64,000 nt of DNA from NCBI GenBank assembly GCA_963795905.1, contig CAWCJG010000009.1, forward strand, positions 342,097 through 406,096, read 5' to 3'. The notes under the pieces were generated by a model. The model made no database searches and was not told the DNA's origin. It saw only the letters and a list, made by a program, of their open reading frames with translations. The stretch's first letter is position 1. Each line of letters starts with the position of its first letter. The DNA comes from an uncultured Acidobacteriaceae bacterium (GTDB lineage: Bacteria > Acidobacteriota > Terriglobia > Bryobacterales > Bryobacteraceae). This document shows, in pieces, positions 48,901 to 56,991 of this stretch. The translations under genes were made by a program, and so were the position numbers.

Positions 48901-50321
48901 TTCTACGTCTATTTGAAACGGCTAAGGACGGCATCGTCGTGATCGACGCGGAGACCCAGACGATACAGGACGTAAATCCGTTTTTCCTTCAACTCACTGG
49001 AATGGCCCGCGAAGATTTCGTCGGCAGCCCTGTAATGGATGCCGGTATGAAAGTTGGCATCCCACAGCTCGCCGAGGCCGCCGAAGCGACCCGGCAGGCA
49101 GAAATCGTCCGTTACGAAAATCTGGAGTTAAGAACAAGCGACGGACGAAAGATGGCTATCGATGTCATCGGGAACAGCTATCGCGTCGGTAGCCAGCCGG
49201 TGATCCAGTTCAACATTAGAGACATTTCCGCTCGCCAGCAAGTGGCGAACGCGCTACGTGAAAGTGAGCGCAGGTTCCGGCTCTTCGTCGAGAGCGTCCA
49301 CGATTACGCCATGTTTCAGATGAACCCGGCAGGCGTAATCCTCTCCTGGAACTCAGGCGCCGAACGCCTTCTCGGCTGGAAGGAAGAAGAAGCCATCGGC
49401 AAGCCAGGCACCCTGGTCTTCACGCCCGAGGACGTTGCGAACGGGGAAGCGGAACGGGAACTGGAGACCGCCCGCGCGAACGGTCGAGCTGAGGACGAGC
49501 GTTTCCATATCTGCAAGGACGGCACGCGTTTCTTTGCGAGTGGAGTTTTGACACAAGTCTGCGACGAGGGCGGCAACTTGCTAGGGTTTGCCAAAGTGAT
49601 GCGAGACGTCACCGGCCGTAAAGAGCAGGAAGAAGAATTACGGAGGTCATTGGCGCAGAAGGACACGCTGGTTCGCGAGATCCATCACCGGGTCAAAAAT
49701 AACCTTCAGGTGATTGTCAGCCTGCTCGGCATGCAGTCGCGCCACACGAGAGACAAACGGGTACTTGCAGCGTTCCAGGAAGCGGAAAGCCGCCTGCGCG
49801 CGATTGCCCACATCCACGAGCGCTTATACGCTTCCGAGGATTTAGCGGAGGTGGAGTTCGGCGAGTACCTGACCTCCCTTGCACAGGAGCTGATACAACT
49901 CCACGCCTATGCCCCAAACCAGATCCAGCTCGACTGCGACGTCACTGATCTGGTCCTCGATATCGAGCGCGCGATTCCCCTCGGATTGATTGCCAATGAG
50001 CTGATTCTCAACGCATTGAAACACGGTTTGCGCAGTGCTCCCGGGTCGCTTGTTTTGCGGCTTGCCTATAATCCTCCGTCCGAAGCTCGCACCGCGAACG
50101 ATGGATTCAACAGCGAGTGGGGACAACTGGAGGTCGTGGACAGCGGACCGGGCATGCCGGCTGATCTCGACTTCACAAAGACGACGTCAATGGGACTGCG
50201 GCTCGTCAATATGCTGGTGAGGCAGTTGCGTGGCCGCCTGGAGATTGCTCCAGGGCCCGGGGCGCGAATTGCCGTGAGTTTTCCCCTCGACGCGAACACG
50301 GACGAAAGGAATGGACGGTGA
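45930..50321 (+). CDS. CheB methylesterase - CheR methyltransferase - coiled coil - multi-PAS - HisKA_2/HATPase fusion sensor kinase
   Basis: 1463-aa uninterrupted ORF. CheB region (IVGIGASAGGLEAF...VLSGNASDGSVG), CheR region (FFRDPENF...VWVPGCATGEEVYSLAI...CRNLLIYLD), NEEL heptad coiled coil, several PAS blocks, H-box REIHHRVKNNLQVIVSLL, and ATPase GMPADL...GLRLV. Confidence 0.9.
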   Translation: MQEELNGRQGLPGLGELATDTDISPPRGNPFPIVGIGASAGGLEAFAEFFSALPLDTGMCFVCVQHLDPAHESLLPELLGSHTRLPVLSVQDGVKVTPNHVYVIPPNTSIELVDGTLRLVAREPGLHLPIDIFFRSLAAVQGSRAIGVVLSGNASDGSVGVRDIKAECGITFAQTESTARFGGMPRNAVATGAVDYVLSPMEIARELAAIAKHPFLIPSEPGDAQSETLPEGDGSLRRLFSLLHNATKVDFTRYKPTTIRRRVGRRMMVQRVDSLSEYAQYVERHPAELRELYRDLLISVTSFFRDPENFDVLIKLLVSTLTGRSNKEESVRVWVPGCATGEEVYSLAICLYEVLKDNQLSVPLQLFGTDISDVALDRARRGLYPVGIEEDLQPERLRRFFSKVDSGYQINKVIRESCVFARHDVTKDPPFSNLDLVSCRNLLIYLDLTAQRHVLPVFHYALKPNGLLMLGSAEGIAAGSDLFLVVDQQHKIYARKATPPRLPLDLAMGTSLFDGPPSSPPAVSSAVELQRRLDRVIQSKYSPDAVLINAEFQIVQFRGHTSAYLDPSPGQATLNVLRMAREDLVLPLRRVVQAANDTNAPVRESGIELESGGQSTRLALEATPVPGIDAGEKYFLIVFVREGPPIALTVPGQNDESLAVDEQIAKLQRELSETREYLRNLTEQYEAHSEELRAANEEARSANEELQSTNEELRTTKEELQSANEELTTVNEELQSRNQELNATNSDLKNLLSAITVPILMVDSDLRVRRFNTAAGSLFELGPVDIGRPVGHLRGRIETPKLELQVRTVIETLHPASEELQDSEGCWYSLTIRPYRTIDDRIAGGVVTLQDIDPLKRGLQAAEEARDYAEGMIETVREPLVVLDSDLRVQRATRAFYDTFLVTREETEGRLLYDLGNGEWNQPRLRELIGAALFRSEPFHDFEIHHDFPHIGRRVMRLNARRIPFPQSQRRMLLLSIEDVTERQEIAELRFLRLFETAKDGIVVIDAETQTIQDVNPFFLQLTGMAREDFVGSPVMDAGMKVGIPQLAEAAEATRQAEIVRYENLELRTSDGRKMAIDVIGNSYRVGSQPVIQFNIRDISARQQVANALRESERRFRLFVESVHDYAMFQMNPAGVILSWNSGAERLLGWKEEEAIGKPGTLVFTPEDVANGEAERELETARANGRAEDERFHICKDGTRFFASGVLTQVCDEGGNLLGFAKVMRDVTGRKEQEEELRRSLAQKDTLVREIHHRVKNNLQVIVSLLGMQSRHTRDKRVLAAFQEAESRLRAIAHIHERLYASEDLAEVEFGEYLTSLAQELIQLHAYAPNQIQLDCDVTDLVLDIERAIPLGLIANELILNALKHGLRSAPGSLVLRLAYNPPSEARTANDGFNSEWGQLEVVDSGPGMPADLDFTKTTSMGLRLVNMLVRQLRGRLEIAPGPGARIAVSFPLDANTDERNGR
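47997..48170 (+). repeat. in-frame degenerate 21-nt (heptad) tandem repeat inside the CheB/CheR kinase gene
   Basis: Encodes EELRAANEEARSANEELQSTNEELRTTKEELQSANEELTTVNEELQSRNQELNATNSDL. The aacgaggaact core recurs about 7 times. Confidence 0.8.
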
Positions 50322-50701
50322 AAGGGCGAGTCCTGATTGTCGAAGACGAAGCAATCGTAGCAGATGACTTGGAACAGCAGGTCCTTCAACTCGGGTATGA
50401 AGTGGCGGGGGTTGCCGCTTCCGGGCGCGAGGCCGTCGCGCTTGCAGATGAAAACCGGCCCGACATCGTTCTCATGGATATCCAGCTTCAGGGCGCAATG
50501 ACTGGGACCGAAGCGGCGAATGTGATCCAGAGACAGACGGGCGCGGCCATCGTCTTTGTTACGGCATTCGCGGCCGTCTTCGTGCGCGACCCTGGGCAGT
50601 TGACTCCGCCTGGTATTTGCCTGAGCAAACCCTTTTCACCCATCCAACTCAGGACTGCGCTCGAAATGGTGAGGTCAGGAACCCGCGAACAATCGCGCTG
50701 A
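50318..50701 (+). CDS. single-domain response regulator
   Basis: The GTG start overlaps the kinase stop (GTGA). VLIVEDEAIVADDL...DIVLMDIQLQGAMTG...LSKPF. Confidence 0.85.
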   Translation: MKGRVLIVEDEAIVADDLEQQVLQLGYEVAGVAASGREAVALADENRPDIVLMDIQLQGAMTGTEAANVIQRQTGAAIVFVTAFAAVFVRDPGQLTPPGICLSKPFSPIQLRTALEMVRSGTREQSR

Positions 50702-50767
50702 GCAAACCCATGCAACGTGAACTCTCCTGACATCACGCTGTCAGGAGCCCTGCCGCACACTCGAAGC

Positions 50768-51142
50768 ATGAACAAGGCAATTAGCTGGTTTGAGATCCCC
50801 GCAACCGATATGGAACGCGCTCAGAAATTTTATGAGACGATCCTCGATGTAAAACTCAATCGCGTCGCCATGGCTGGTGAAGAACTCGCGATTTTCCCCT
50901 ACGACCGCGATAACGGCGCAACCGGCGGCGCGCTCATCCATGCCGGGACGGCACAACCGTCGACCGATGGCGCGATCGTCTACCTGCATACTGAGGAGTC
51001 CGTCGATGCTGTCCTCGCGCGCGTGGCGCAGGCTGGAGGTTCCGTCGCCAAAGGCCGCGTGGAACTTCCCAACGGCATCGGCGCCTATGCACTCGTCCGC
51101 GACACGGAAGGCAACCGTGTCGGCGTGCATGCGCTGAAATAG
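50768..51142 (+). CDS. VOC (glyoxalase/bleomycin-resistance fold) family protein
   Basis: MNKAISWFEIPATDMERAQKFYETIL...GAYALVRDTEGNRVGVHA. Confidence 0.8.
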   Translation: MNKAISWFEIPATDMERAQKFYETILDVKLNRVAMAGEELAIFPYDRDNGATGGALIHAGTAQPSTDGAIVYLHTEESVDAVLARVAQAGGSVAKGRVELPNGIGAYALVRDTEGNRVGVHALK

Positions 51143-51146
51143 GCAC

Positions 51147-51830
51147 ATGCGGCGCGCCGACCGCCTCTTCCAAATCGTTCAACACCTCAGGGCGCGGCGG
51201 CTCACCACTGCCGCGCGCTTGGCTGACCTCCTCGAAGTCTCTGAGCGCACCATCTATCGCGATGTGCGCGACCTTTCTCTTTCCGGCATTCCGATCGAAG
51301 GCGAAGCGGGCGTCGGGTATCGTATCCACCCCAGCTTCGAATTGACCCCGCTCATGTTCACCACGCACGAAGTCGAAGCCGTCGTCGCGGGCCTGCGCAT
51401 GGTCGGGGTCTTCACCGGCCCGGAGCTCCGCAAAGCAGCGGAATCGGCGCTGAACAAAATCGCGCTTGCCCTGCCCGAAGAGCGCAAAAAAGATCTCGAA
51501 CGCCCGCGTCTGTTTGCTCCCGGTGTCATCCGGAACGACGTGCAAGGCGAGCGCCTAGATCAGATTCGCTGGGCCATCGATCAGCATCGCAAGATGCAGC
51601 TTGCCTACCAGGACGAGAAGACCACCGGCTCGGAGCGCACCATTCGTCCGCTCGGTCTTCACTTCTGGGGACGTTGTTGGACTCTTGCGTCCTGGTGCGA
51701 AATGCGCGACGACTTCCGCAACTTCCGGCTCGATCGCATTCAGTCACTCCTTACACTGGATGACCTCTTCCACGACGAACCCGGCCGCACTCTGTCGGAC
51801 TTCCTGCGTACCGTCGGCGCTAAGCGCTGA
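51147..51830 (+). CDS. YafY family transcriptional regulator (HTH + WYL domain)
   Basis: MRRADRLFQIVQHLRARRLTTAARLADLLEVSERTIYRDVRDL...; WYL-type middle domain (LQLAYQDEK...RTIRPLGL...WTLASWCE.R.DFRNFRLDRI). Confidence 0.85.
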   Translation: MRRADRLFQIVQHLRARRLTTAARLADLLEVSERTIYRDVRDLSLSGIPIEGEAGVGYRIHPSFELTPLMFTTHEVEAVVAGLRMVGVFTGPELRKAAESALNKIALALPEERKKDLERPRLFAPGVIRNDVQGERLDQIRWAIDQHRKMQLAYQDEKTTGSERTIRPLGLHFWGRCWTLASWCEMRDDFRNFRLDRIQSLLTLDDLFHDEPGRTLSDFLRTVGAKR

Positions 51831-51861
51831 CGGGATTCCGCCGTATGTTACAGTCGCGCCC

Positions 51862-52224
51862 ATGAGTATTAAGCGAGTTGTGCCAGACATCAAGTCCAAA
51901 AACATGGACGAGAGCAAGGCATTTTACGTTGATTTTTTGGGTTTGACGTTAGCAATGGATATGGGCTTCATCATGACGTTCGTATCGCCAAGCAATGCAA
52001 CGGCCCAAATCAGTGTCATGCAGGACGACGGCACTTCAGCACTGCTGCCTAGCGTGAGCGTGGAGGTCGCAGACATTGACATAATCTACGCACGGGCCAT
52101 TGAAAGGCGCCTTGAAATCGCTTACCCGCTCACTGACGAGCCGTGGGGCGTTCGCCGCTTCTTTGTTGTGGATCCGAATGGAACAGTTCTAAATATCATG
52201 AGCCATGTGCCGAGCAAATCTTGA
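51862..52224 (+). CDS. VOC (glyoxalase fold) family protein
   Basis: MSIKRVVPDIKSKNMDESKAFYVDFLGL...EPWGVRRFFVVDPNGTVLNI. Confidence 0.75.
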   Translation: MSIKRVVPDIKSKNMDESKAFYVDFLGLTLAMDMGFIMTFVSPSNATAQISVMQDDGTSALLPSVSVEVADIDIIYARAIERRLEIAYPLTDEPWGVRRFFVVDPNGTVLNIMSHVPSKS

Positions 52225-52290
52225 GAGGTTGCTTAACGGAATCCGGGCTCAAGCCGAACGCGGTTGTGCGACCGCCCGAACTGTTCGGCC

Positions 52291-52386
52291 TCATCGCAGC
52301 CCTGCCGTGCGATCGCTATCGAATTCCAGGGCAACAAAATAAGCAGGCGTCTCTAGCGAGACCTGGCGACCATATCGGAGCCATGA
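52291..52386 (-). pseudogene. orphan 3-prime fragment of a SigJ-like sigma factor gene (paralogous to 54178-55080)
   Basis: Translates RQVSLETPAYFVALEFDSDRTAGLR-stop. The full gene has RQVSLETPAYFVALEFDGDR[24 aa]DRTAGPR-stop. A 52-nt core (52318-52369) matches 54277-54328 with 1 mismatch. The fragment ends at the IS boundary. Confidence 0.6.
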
Positions 52387-52391
52387 GCGCA

Positions 52392-54103
52392 GGGGCTTTG
52401 AAAAAATCAGAGGATCGGCTTGGTCAGCGAGTTCGCAACGGTTTAGGGCCCGGAGCGGTCGTGTGAGGTCGGGCGAATCGAATCCCGCGGCGGGCGGGAA
52501 TGAGTCTGTGCATGTGCTGCGCATGCGCGCTTGTGCGCATACGCGCTGGACGCTTAGTCCACGATCATTGCTTTGCTCGTTTACCGGCCGACTGCCAGAG
52601 ACTGAAGTTGTAAGCCACAACGATGAGCAGTGCCTCGGCTGTGGCCTTGAGTCTTCCGCGGACCGAGAACCTGCGGAATGCCCAGTCTGATTTAATACGC
52701 ATGTTGGCAAACTCAGCCACTTTGCTGCGGCATTTATAGATCAGTTTGGCCGCTTGTGTTTCCATTCGAGCCGCATGCGCCAGCACCGCCTCGGACTCCA
52801 GCACTTGGTGAATCAGGCGGGCCGGCATACGCGGACAACACTGTTGTTTATGCGGGCAGCGGCCACATTCGGCTGCATCGGCTTGAAAGATTCGCGTGCG
52901 GTGTCCATGGTGTTTTTTCTCTCCAATTTGAAGCAAGACCTGACCGGCGGGGCAACGCAAGTGGTTGCCCTCACGCGTGAACTCTGATTTGTCAAACTCA
53001 GGCGCAACGCCATGTCGCGCGCGCGTAGCCGCATGCTGACGCGAGGCCTCCTTTACTGGTGCTATGAGTTCAACCCCGCTGGCCGTTACTGCCTCAATAT
53101 TGTTCCTCGTCACATAACCGCCATCCACCACAATGCGCTCCGGCTTCTTGCCTGTGAAGTGTTGCACCGTCTGCAGCGCTGGCTCCAGTTGCTTGAGATC
53201 GTTGTGATCTTGACTTACCGATACGCCCACAATAAAGTTGCCTTGGGCTTCCGTCGTCAATTGCACGTTGTAGCTGTACAGGGTACCGCCGTGTTGCGTG
53301 TGCCGCATGCGCCTGGCTTCGGGTTCGGTAATGCTCACGCGCTTGGTGTCCGTCTCCGTTTCGCCGTCCACCTGGTTGAAAGCTTCGTAGGCCTGCTGCA
53401 AACGTTCGATCCGTTCCCGTGCCGCGCGCTGTTGCGCAGCTTGCTTTTTGGCGCTGCCCTCGTCTGTCCGTTCGTCCAGTTCCTGCATATAGGCTCGCGC
53501 GGCATCCAATTTCTGCTGAATGCGGTTCCGGCGATACCCTGAACCTTGCCCTGCGCGAGCTTGTATTTTCGTGCCGTCGTGCATCACAGTTCGCAGGTCA
53601 ACCAGTCCTTCCTCGGAAAGCAGTGCTAGCAACTGTTGCAGCAACGCATCGAGTTCCGCCCCATGAGCCGTCCGGAAATCACACAGCGTGTGGACGTTGA
53701 TCACGTGCTGCCCGGTTAGCACCATCAACCCGGGATGCCATTCCATCATCTGGCTCAACCGGTTCGCTGACGCGATGCCTTGCTGGTAGGCATACAACCA
53801 CACGCTAAGAAGTAAGCGCGGTGGCCAGGCTGGACTGCCCGCCTGGCCTTCTAGTGTCCTCACCCTGGCCTCGAACGCCGATAAATCCAACTTGCCTGTG
53901 AGTTCCCAAATCACGCGTGCCGGGTCATCGGCGGGCACCAGCTTCTGCAGATCCAATGTGCCCCAAACCATCTGCTGCCGCTCGATATGCTTGTACTTCC
54001 GCTCATTCCCTTGCTGCATGCTTCCAGCCTAAAACCTACTTGAAACATTCTCAATCAGAAATGTTTGATAAAAGGGCCGACCCCGTGGTTTTTTCAAAGC
54101 CCC
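52392..54103 (-). mobile_element. IS1182-family insertion sequence (about 1.7 kb)
   Basis: Terminal inverted repeats ggggctttgaaaaaa (52392-52406) and ttttttcaaagcccc (54089-54103), extending imperfectly inward to about 30 bp. A single intact transposase ORF. A possible 3-bp flanking repeat gca (52389-52391 and 54104-54106). Confidence 0.75.
52565..54019 (-). CDS. IS1182 family (IS5-related DDE) transposase
   Basis: 484 aa with the N-terminal DUF772-like block (PARVIWELT...PPRLLLSVWLYAYQQGIASANRL), the DDE region (VMHDGTKI...YSYNVQ...VVDGGY) and a C-terminal Cys cluster (LRCPAG...CGRCP.KQQCC). Confidence 0.85.
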   Translation of the reverse strand: MQQGNERKYKHIERQQMVWGTLDLQKLVPADDPARVIWELTGKLDLSAFEARVRTLEGQAGSPAWPPRLLLSVWLYAYQQGIASANRLSQMMEWHPGLMVLTGQHVINVHTLCDFRTAHGAELDALLQQLLALLSEEGLVDLRTVMHDGTKIQARAGQGSGYRRNRIQQKLDAARAYMQELDERTDEGSAKKQAAQQRAARERIERLQQAYEAFNQVDGETETDTKRVSITEPEARRMRHTQHGGTLYSYNVQLTTEAQGNFIVGVSVSQDHNDLKQLEPALQTVQHFTGKKPERIVVDGGYVTRNNIEAVTASGVELIAPVKEASRQHAATRARHGVAPEFDKSEFTREGNHLRCPAGQVLLQIGEKKHHGHRTRIFQADAAECGRCPHKQQCCPRMPARLIHQVLESEAVLAHAARMETQAAKLIYKCRSKVAEFANMRIKSDWAFRRFSVRGRLKATAEALLIVVAYNFSLWQSAGKRAKQ

Positions 54104-54156
54104 GCAGCGATTGGTAGCGGAAATTTACGCTACGGGTCGCTTCCGCTCGCCGCTCG

Positions 54157-54178
54157 GAAAAGGCTAAATTTTAGCCTT
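54157..54178 (-). terminator. AT-rich hairpin abutting the sigma gene stop (terminator-like)
   Basis: aaggctaaa-t-tttagcctt palindrome at 54160-54178, followed on the minus strand by TTTTCC. Confidence 0.45.
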
Positions 54179-55080
54179 CACCGCGGCCCAGCCGTTCGAT
54201 CGAGTACGGACCACTCGACACCCTCCATCGCATAGCGGGCAAACAGGAAGTCATAGATGGAGGTCACGCGATCCCCATCGAATTCCAGGGCAACAAAATA
54301 GGCAGGCGTCTCTAGCGAGACCTGGCGATCGTATACGAGCATCGCAGCCCGGCCATCCACGATACCCGCCGCCGCAAAAGCCCATTCGTCGCAGGCCGCG
54401 TAGCGATCGAAGTATTCGCGGACCTCCGTCTTGCCTTGCCGGCGCAGCCTGGCCACAAGGTCGAGTCTGACATCGTCCGCGAGCATCGCACGGATCGCGT
54501 CGAAGTCTCGGTTCGTGAATCCCTCTACGTATCGGATCAGCTTCACGCGCACATCATCCGGCAGATTAGGCGGCGGGGTCTGCTCGGGTTCACTGCCCAA
54601 TTCACGCAAACGCGCCCGCCCCCGCTGCAGAGCGGATTTCGCGGCCGCCTCGCTCGCGCCTGTGATCGACGCGATCTCCTCCACGGAATGCCCAAGCACA
54701 TCCTTAAGAATCACCGCGCTTCGCTGGAGCGCTGGAAGACGCAGGAACGTACGCAGGCTCGCTCTAGCGGCTTCTTGGCCGTCATCGGGGACATCGGGAG
54801 CGGGAAGCATCGCAAGGACCTCCTCATTCTGGACCACAGGAGCGCGCGCGCGACGGCGCAAGAAATCGAGTGCGGTGTTGTGGGCAACACGGAACAGCCA
54901 ACCTTCCGGGTTGTCGATCGAACCAACCTGCGGAAGAGCGCTGAGCACTTTGACGATAGCGTCCTGAAGCACGTCCTCACCGTCTACCGCGGAACCGGTC
55001 ATGCGCGCGCAGTATCGGTGGAGCTTCGGCCGAAGCTCGCTCAGCAGTTGTTCGAAATGGTCGCGCACAGGCTCACTCAT
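54178..55080 (-). CDS. RNA polymerase sigma-70 family factor, SigJ/ECF41-like with C-terminal SnoaL/NTF2-like domain
   Basis: 300 aa with sigma-2 (LHRYCARMTGSAVDGEDVLQDAIVKV...GWLFRVAHNTALDFLRRR), sigma-4 (LPALQRSAVILKDVLGHSVEEIASITGASEAAAKSALQRGRARL) and an NTF2-like tail. Confidence 0.85.
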   Translation of the reverse strand: MSEPVRDHFEQLLSELRPKLHRYCARMTGSAVDGEDVLQDAIVKVLSALPQVGSIDNPEGWLFRVAHNTALDFLRRRARAPVVQNEEVLAMLPAPDVPDDGQEAARASLRTFLRLPALQRSAVILKDVLGHSVEEIASITGASEAAAKSALQRGRARLRELGSEPEQTPPPNLPDDVRVKLIRYVEGFTNRDFDAIRAMLADDVRLDLVARLRRQGKTEVREYFDRYAACDEWAFAAAGIVDGRAAMLVYDRQVSLETPAYFVALEFDGDRVTSIYDFLFARYAMEGVEWSVLDRTAGPR

Positions 55081-55133
55081 CCCGCGTGGCGTTTCCCCAA
55101 TCTTTGCGGCTCAACATAGGTTCCACTCCAGGC

Positions 55134-55913
55134 TTACACGTCCAGCGGCATGATCTCCGTATTGGCGCGAATGCCGTACGCCACACCGGTAGCATAGCGG
55201 GCATCCGCCAGCAGGTCCGCCGCGCGTTCACCGAATTCCTCGGGACGAAGGATGGGGCCATACCGTTGCGTCACGTACTCTTCGATGCCCAGACCCTCAA
55301 TCGCCGAGTAGGTAGCGGCAACGTGATGACCGAGCGGGGTTCCCGGTATCAACTGGCACGGTACGAGCACCTGGAAATGCAGGCCGAGTCTCCGCTCGCG
55401 CGACACTGCGTTTGCACAGTGCGCCATAAACCAAAGCATCCGCTTAGCGCCGGTGTATCCGCCGGAAAGCCTCAGACTCTCCGGCTCAATGAACGGCACT
55501 GCCAATACCATCGCCGCGCCGCTCGACATGATCAGAACGCGCCCGCCCTGCTTCATCGGCGCCTTCAGAGCGGCCTGAATGCCGGTGAGTCCCGCCTTCA
55601 CATCAGTGTTCCAGTTGGTCGAGAACTCGTCCCAACTCAGTTCATCGATCGGCTTCAACGGCAGTTGCGCGCCTGCGTTCAGAATCAATACGTCCGGCTC
55701 CTCTCGGCTGACGACGTTATTGATAAGCGTGGCGTCTGTGGCATCACCGGCAATCACCGCGGCGCCGGCCTGCTCGGCCGCCGAGAGCTTCGCTCGATCG
55801 CGGCCAATTGCAGTCACTGTCGCGCCACACGCGGCAATTGCTTTGACCATCGCAAGCCCCAGTCCCTGGCTGCCGCCGGTGATGACTACCCGTTTTCCGT
55901 TCAGGTTGTGCAT
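55134..55913 (-). CDS. SDR family oxidoreductase
   Basis: ATG 55913 gives MHNLNGKRVVITGGSQGLGLAM (TGxxxGxG). NAG motif and catalytic YTGAK. The upstream part of the 325-aa track ORF is discounted. Confidence 0.85.
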   Translation of the reverse strand: MHNLNGKRVVITGGSQGLGLAMVKAIAACGATVTAIGRDRAKLSAAEQAGAAVIAGDATDATLINNVVSREEPDVLILNAGAQLPLKPIDELSWDEFSTNWNTDVKAGLTGIQAALKAPMKQGGRVLIMSSGAAMVLAVPFIEPESLRLSGGYTGAKRMLWFMAHCANAVSRERRLGLHFQVLVPCQLIPGTPLGHHVAATYSAIEGLGIEEYVTQRYGPILRPEEFGERAADLLADARYATGVAYGIRANTEIMPLDV

Positions 55914-56040
55914 GTTGATTCTTCGATGTGTGTACACCATGAAGACGATTCGGTTGAGCAAGACGGATCGGTGCGGCCAAGAAAATCTGGATTCTTCTGC
56001 ACCGGCAAGCACAACTAGGCCTACTGACGATCGCGAGCGC

Positions 56041-56991
56041 TTACAGCAAGTCGGAATCGCCCAGTGAGAGATTCCATTTCGCCGCGTCGCAAACAAGTGC
56101 CGGATCGGCAAGTTCCGGGCGAAGAATTTTGATTGCAGCGCACCACTCGGGCTTTTGATACTTCGGTTTCAACTCCCGAAAATGACGGCACGGCATGCCG
56201 CTGAAGCCCAGATAGAAAATGGCATGCAGATCGGGTTCGCGCTCAGCAATCCGTTCCGCAACTTCGTCCAGAGAATCGTGCACGGGAGACGGCACGTCCA
56301 GCAGAAAGGCAACCTTGACAAAGGATGGAATATCCCCGATGGGAAAGTAAGGCTTGCGAACGTACACGGCCGCGCCGTTCGACAGTGCCAGACTGCGGTA
56401 CTCGATGGGGAACAAAGTGTAGCGGTTCTTGTCGCGCCGGCGCTCGAACAACACATCGGATGTGTTCCGGCCGCGGGCCACGCGCGATTTCGAAAGCCAC
56501 GGAAGCACGGCACGGCCAGGCAGTGAACGTCTGCCGGGAGCCACGTAGTACGCCATACGGCCGATCTTCTCCATATGCCCCAGCCACTGATGCAGAACAA
56601 AGATCTGCTCGCGCAGAAGGACCACGACGAAGGCAGCCCCCGTTTCTCGTAACGCCTCGTAAAGTCCGTCCATCATCTCGCCGACTTCCTTCAGAGCGGG
56701 TCGTAGCGAGGGATGGATCATCAGATCGGCCGGTAGCGCCGCATCGACCACTTGCTGTCCGGCACGGTACTGCACCGGAATCGCGTTGTAGGCGCCCAGG
56801 ACCTCGTCTCCACGAAGCAGCAGAGCATGAAACGAATCGCCCTGCGGTACGCTGCGGTATTTCCGTTCGAACAGATCGATAGGAAACGGTTTTTCGAAGA
56901 CCGTCTCGAACAGAGAACAAAACTGCTGTTTCGCCGGCGCCGAAATCTCGCTGGTGCGCAAGATGCGAACGGCCAGTTCTGTATCAGGCAA
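56041..56991 (-). CDS. GNAT-fold / FemAB-like acyltransferase (type found with PEP-CTERM-locus deacetylases)
   Basis: About 316 aa, reading from an in-frame TTG at 56991 that overlaps the deacetylase stop by 8 nt. The family assignment is tentative and rests on size, position and the GAYNAIPV... block. Confidence 0.45.
   Translation of the reverse strand: MPDTELAVRILRTSEISAPAKQQFCSLFETVFEKPFPIDLFERKYRSVPQGDSFHALLLRGDEVLGAYNAIPVQYRAGQQVVDAALPADLMIHPSLRPALKEVGEMMDGLYEALRETGAAFVVVLLREQIFVLHQWLGHMEKIGRMAYYVAPGRRSLPGRAVLPWLSKSRVARGRNTSDVLFERRRDKNRYTLFPIEYRSLALSNGAAVYVRKPYFPIGDIPSFVKVAFLLDVPSPVHDSLDEVAERIAEREPDLHAIFYLGFSGMPCRHFRELKPKYQKPEWCAAIKILRPELADPALVCDAAKWNLSLGDSDLL

Noticed and set aside
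52318-52369. The 52-nt repeat (second copy 54277-54328) read as a long IS target-site duplication
   Set aside because: Neither copy abuts the IS inverted repeats: the gaps are 22 nt on the left and 173 nt on the right. The homology also extends beyond the 52 nt with an in-frame 72-nt deletion. This fits a gene-fragment duplication, not a target-site duplication.
52291-52710. 139-aa minus-strand ORF spanning the left IS end
   Set aside because: It reads from non-coding IS sequence through the terminal inverted repeat into the sigma-gene fragment. Only the last about 30 codons are meaningful, and those are reported as a pseudogene fragment.
55086-56018. 310-aa plus-strand ORF antisense to the SDR gene (similar cases at 15924-16781, 38105-39034, 14296-14988, 17470-18141)
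   Set aside because: All lie opposite genes with clear family motifs and have Arg/His/Gly-rich non-protein-like composition.
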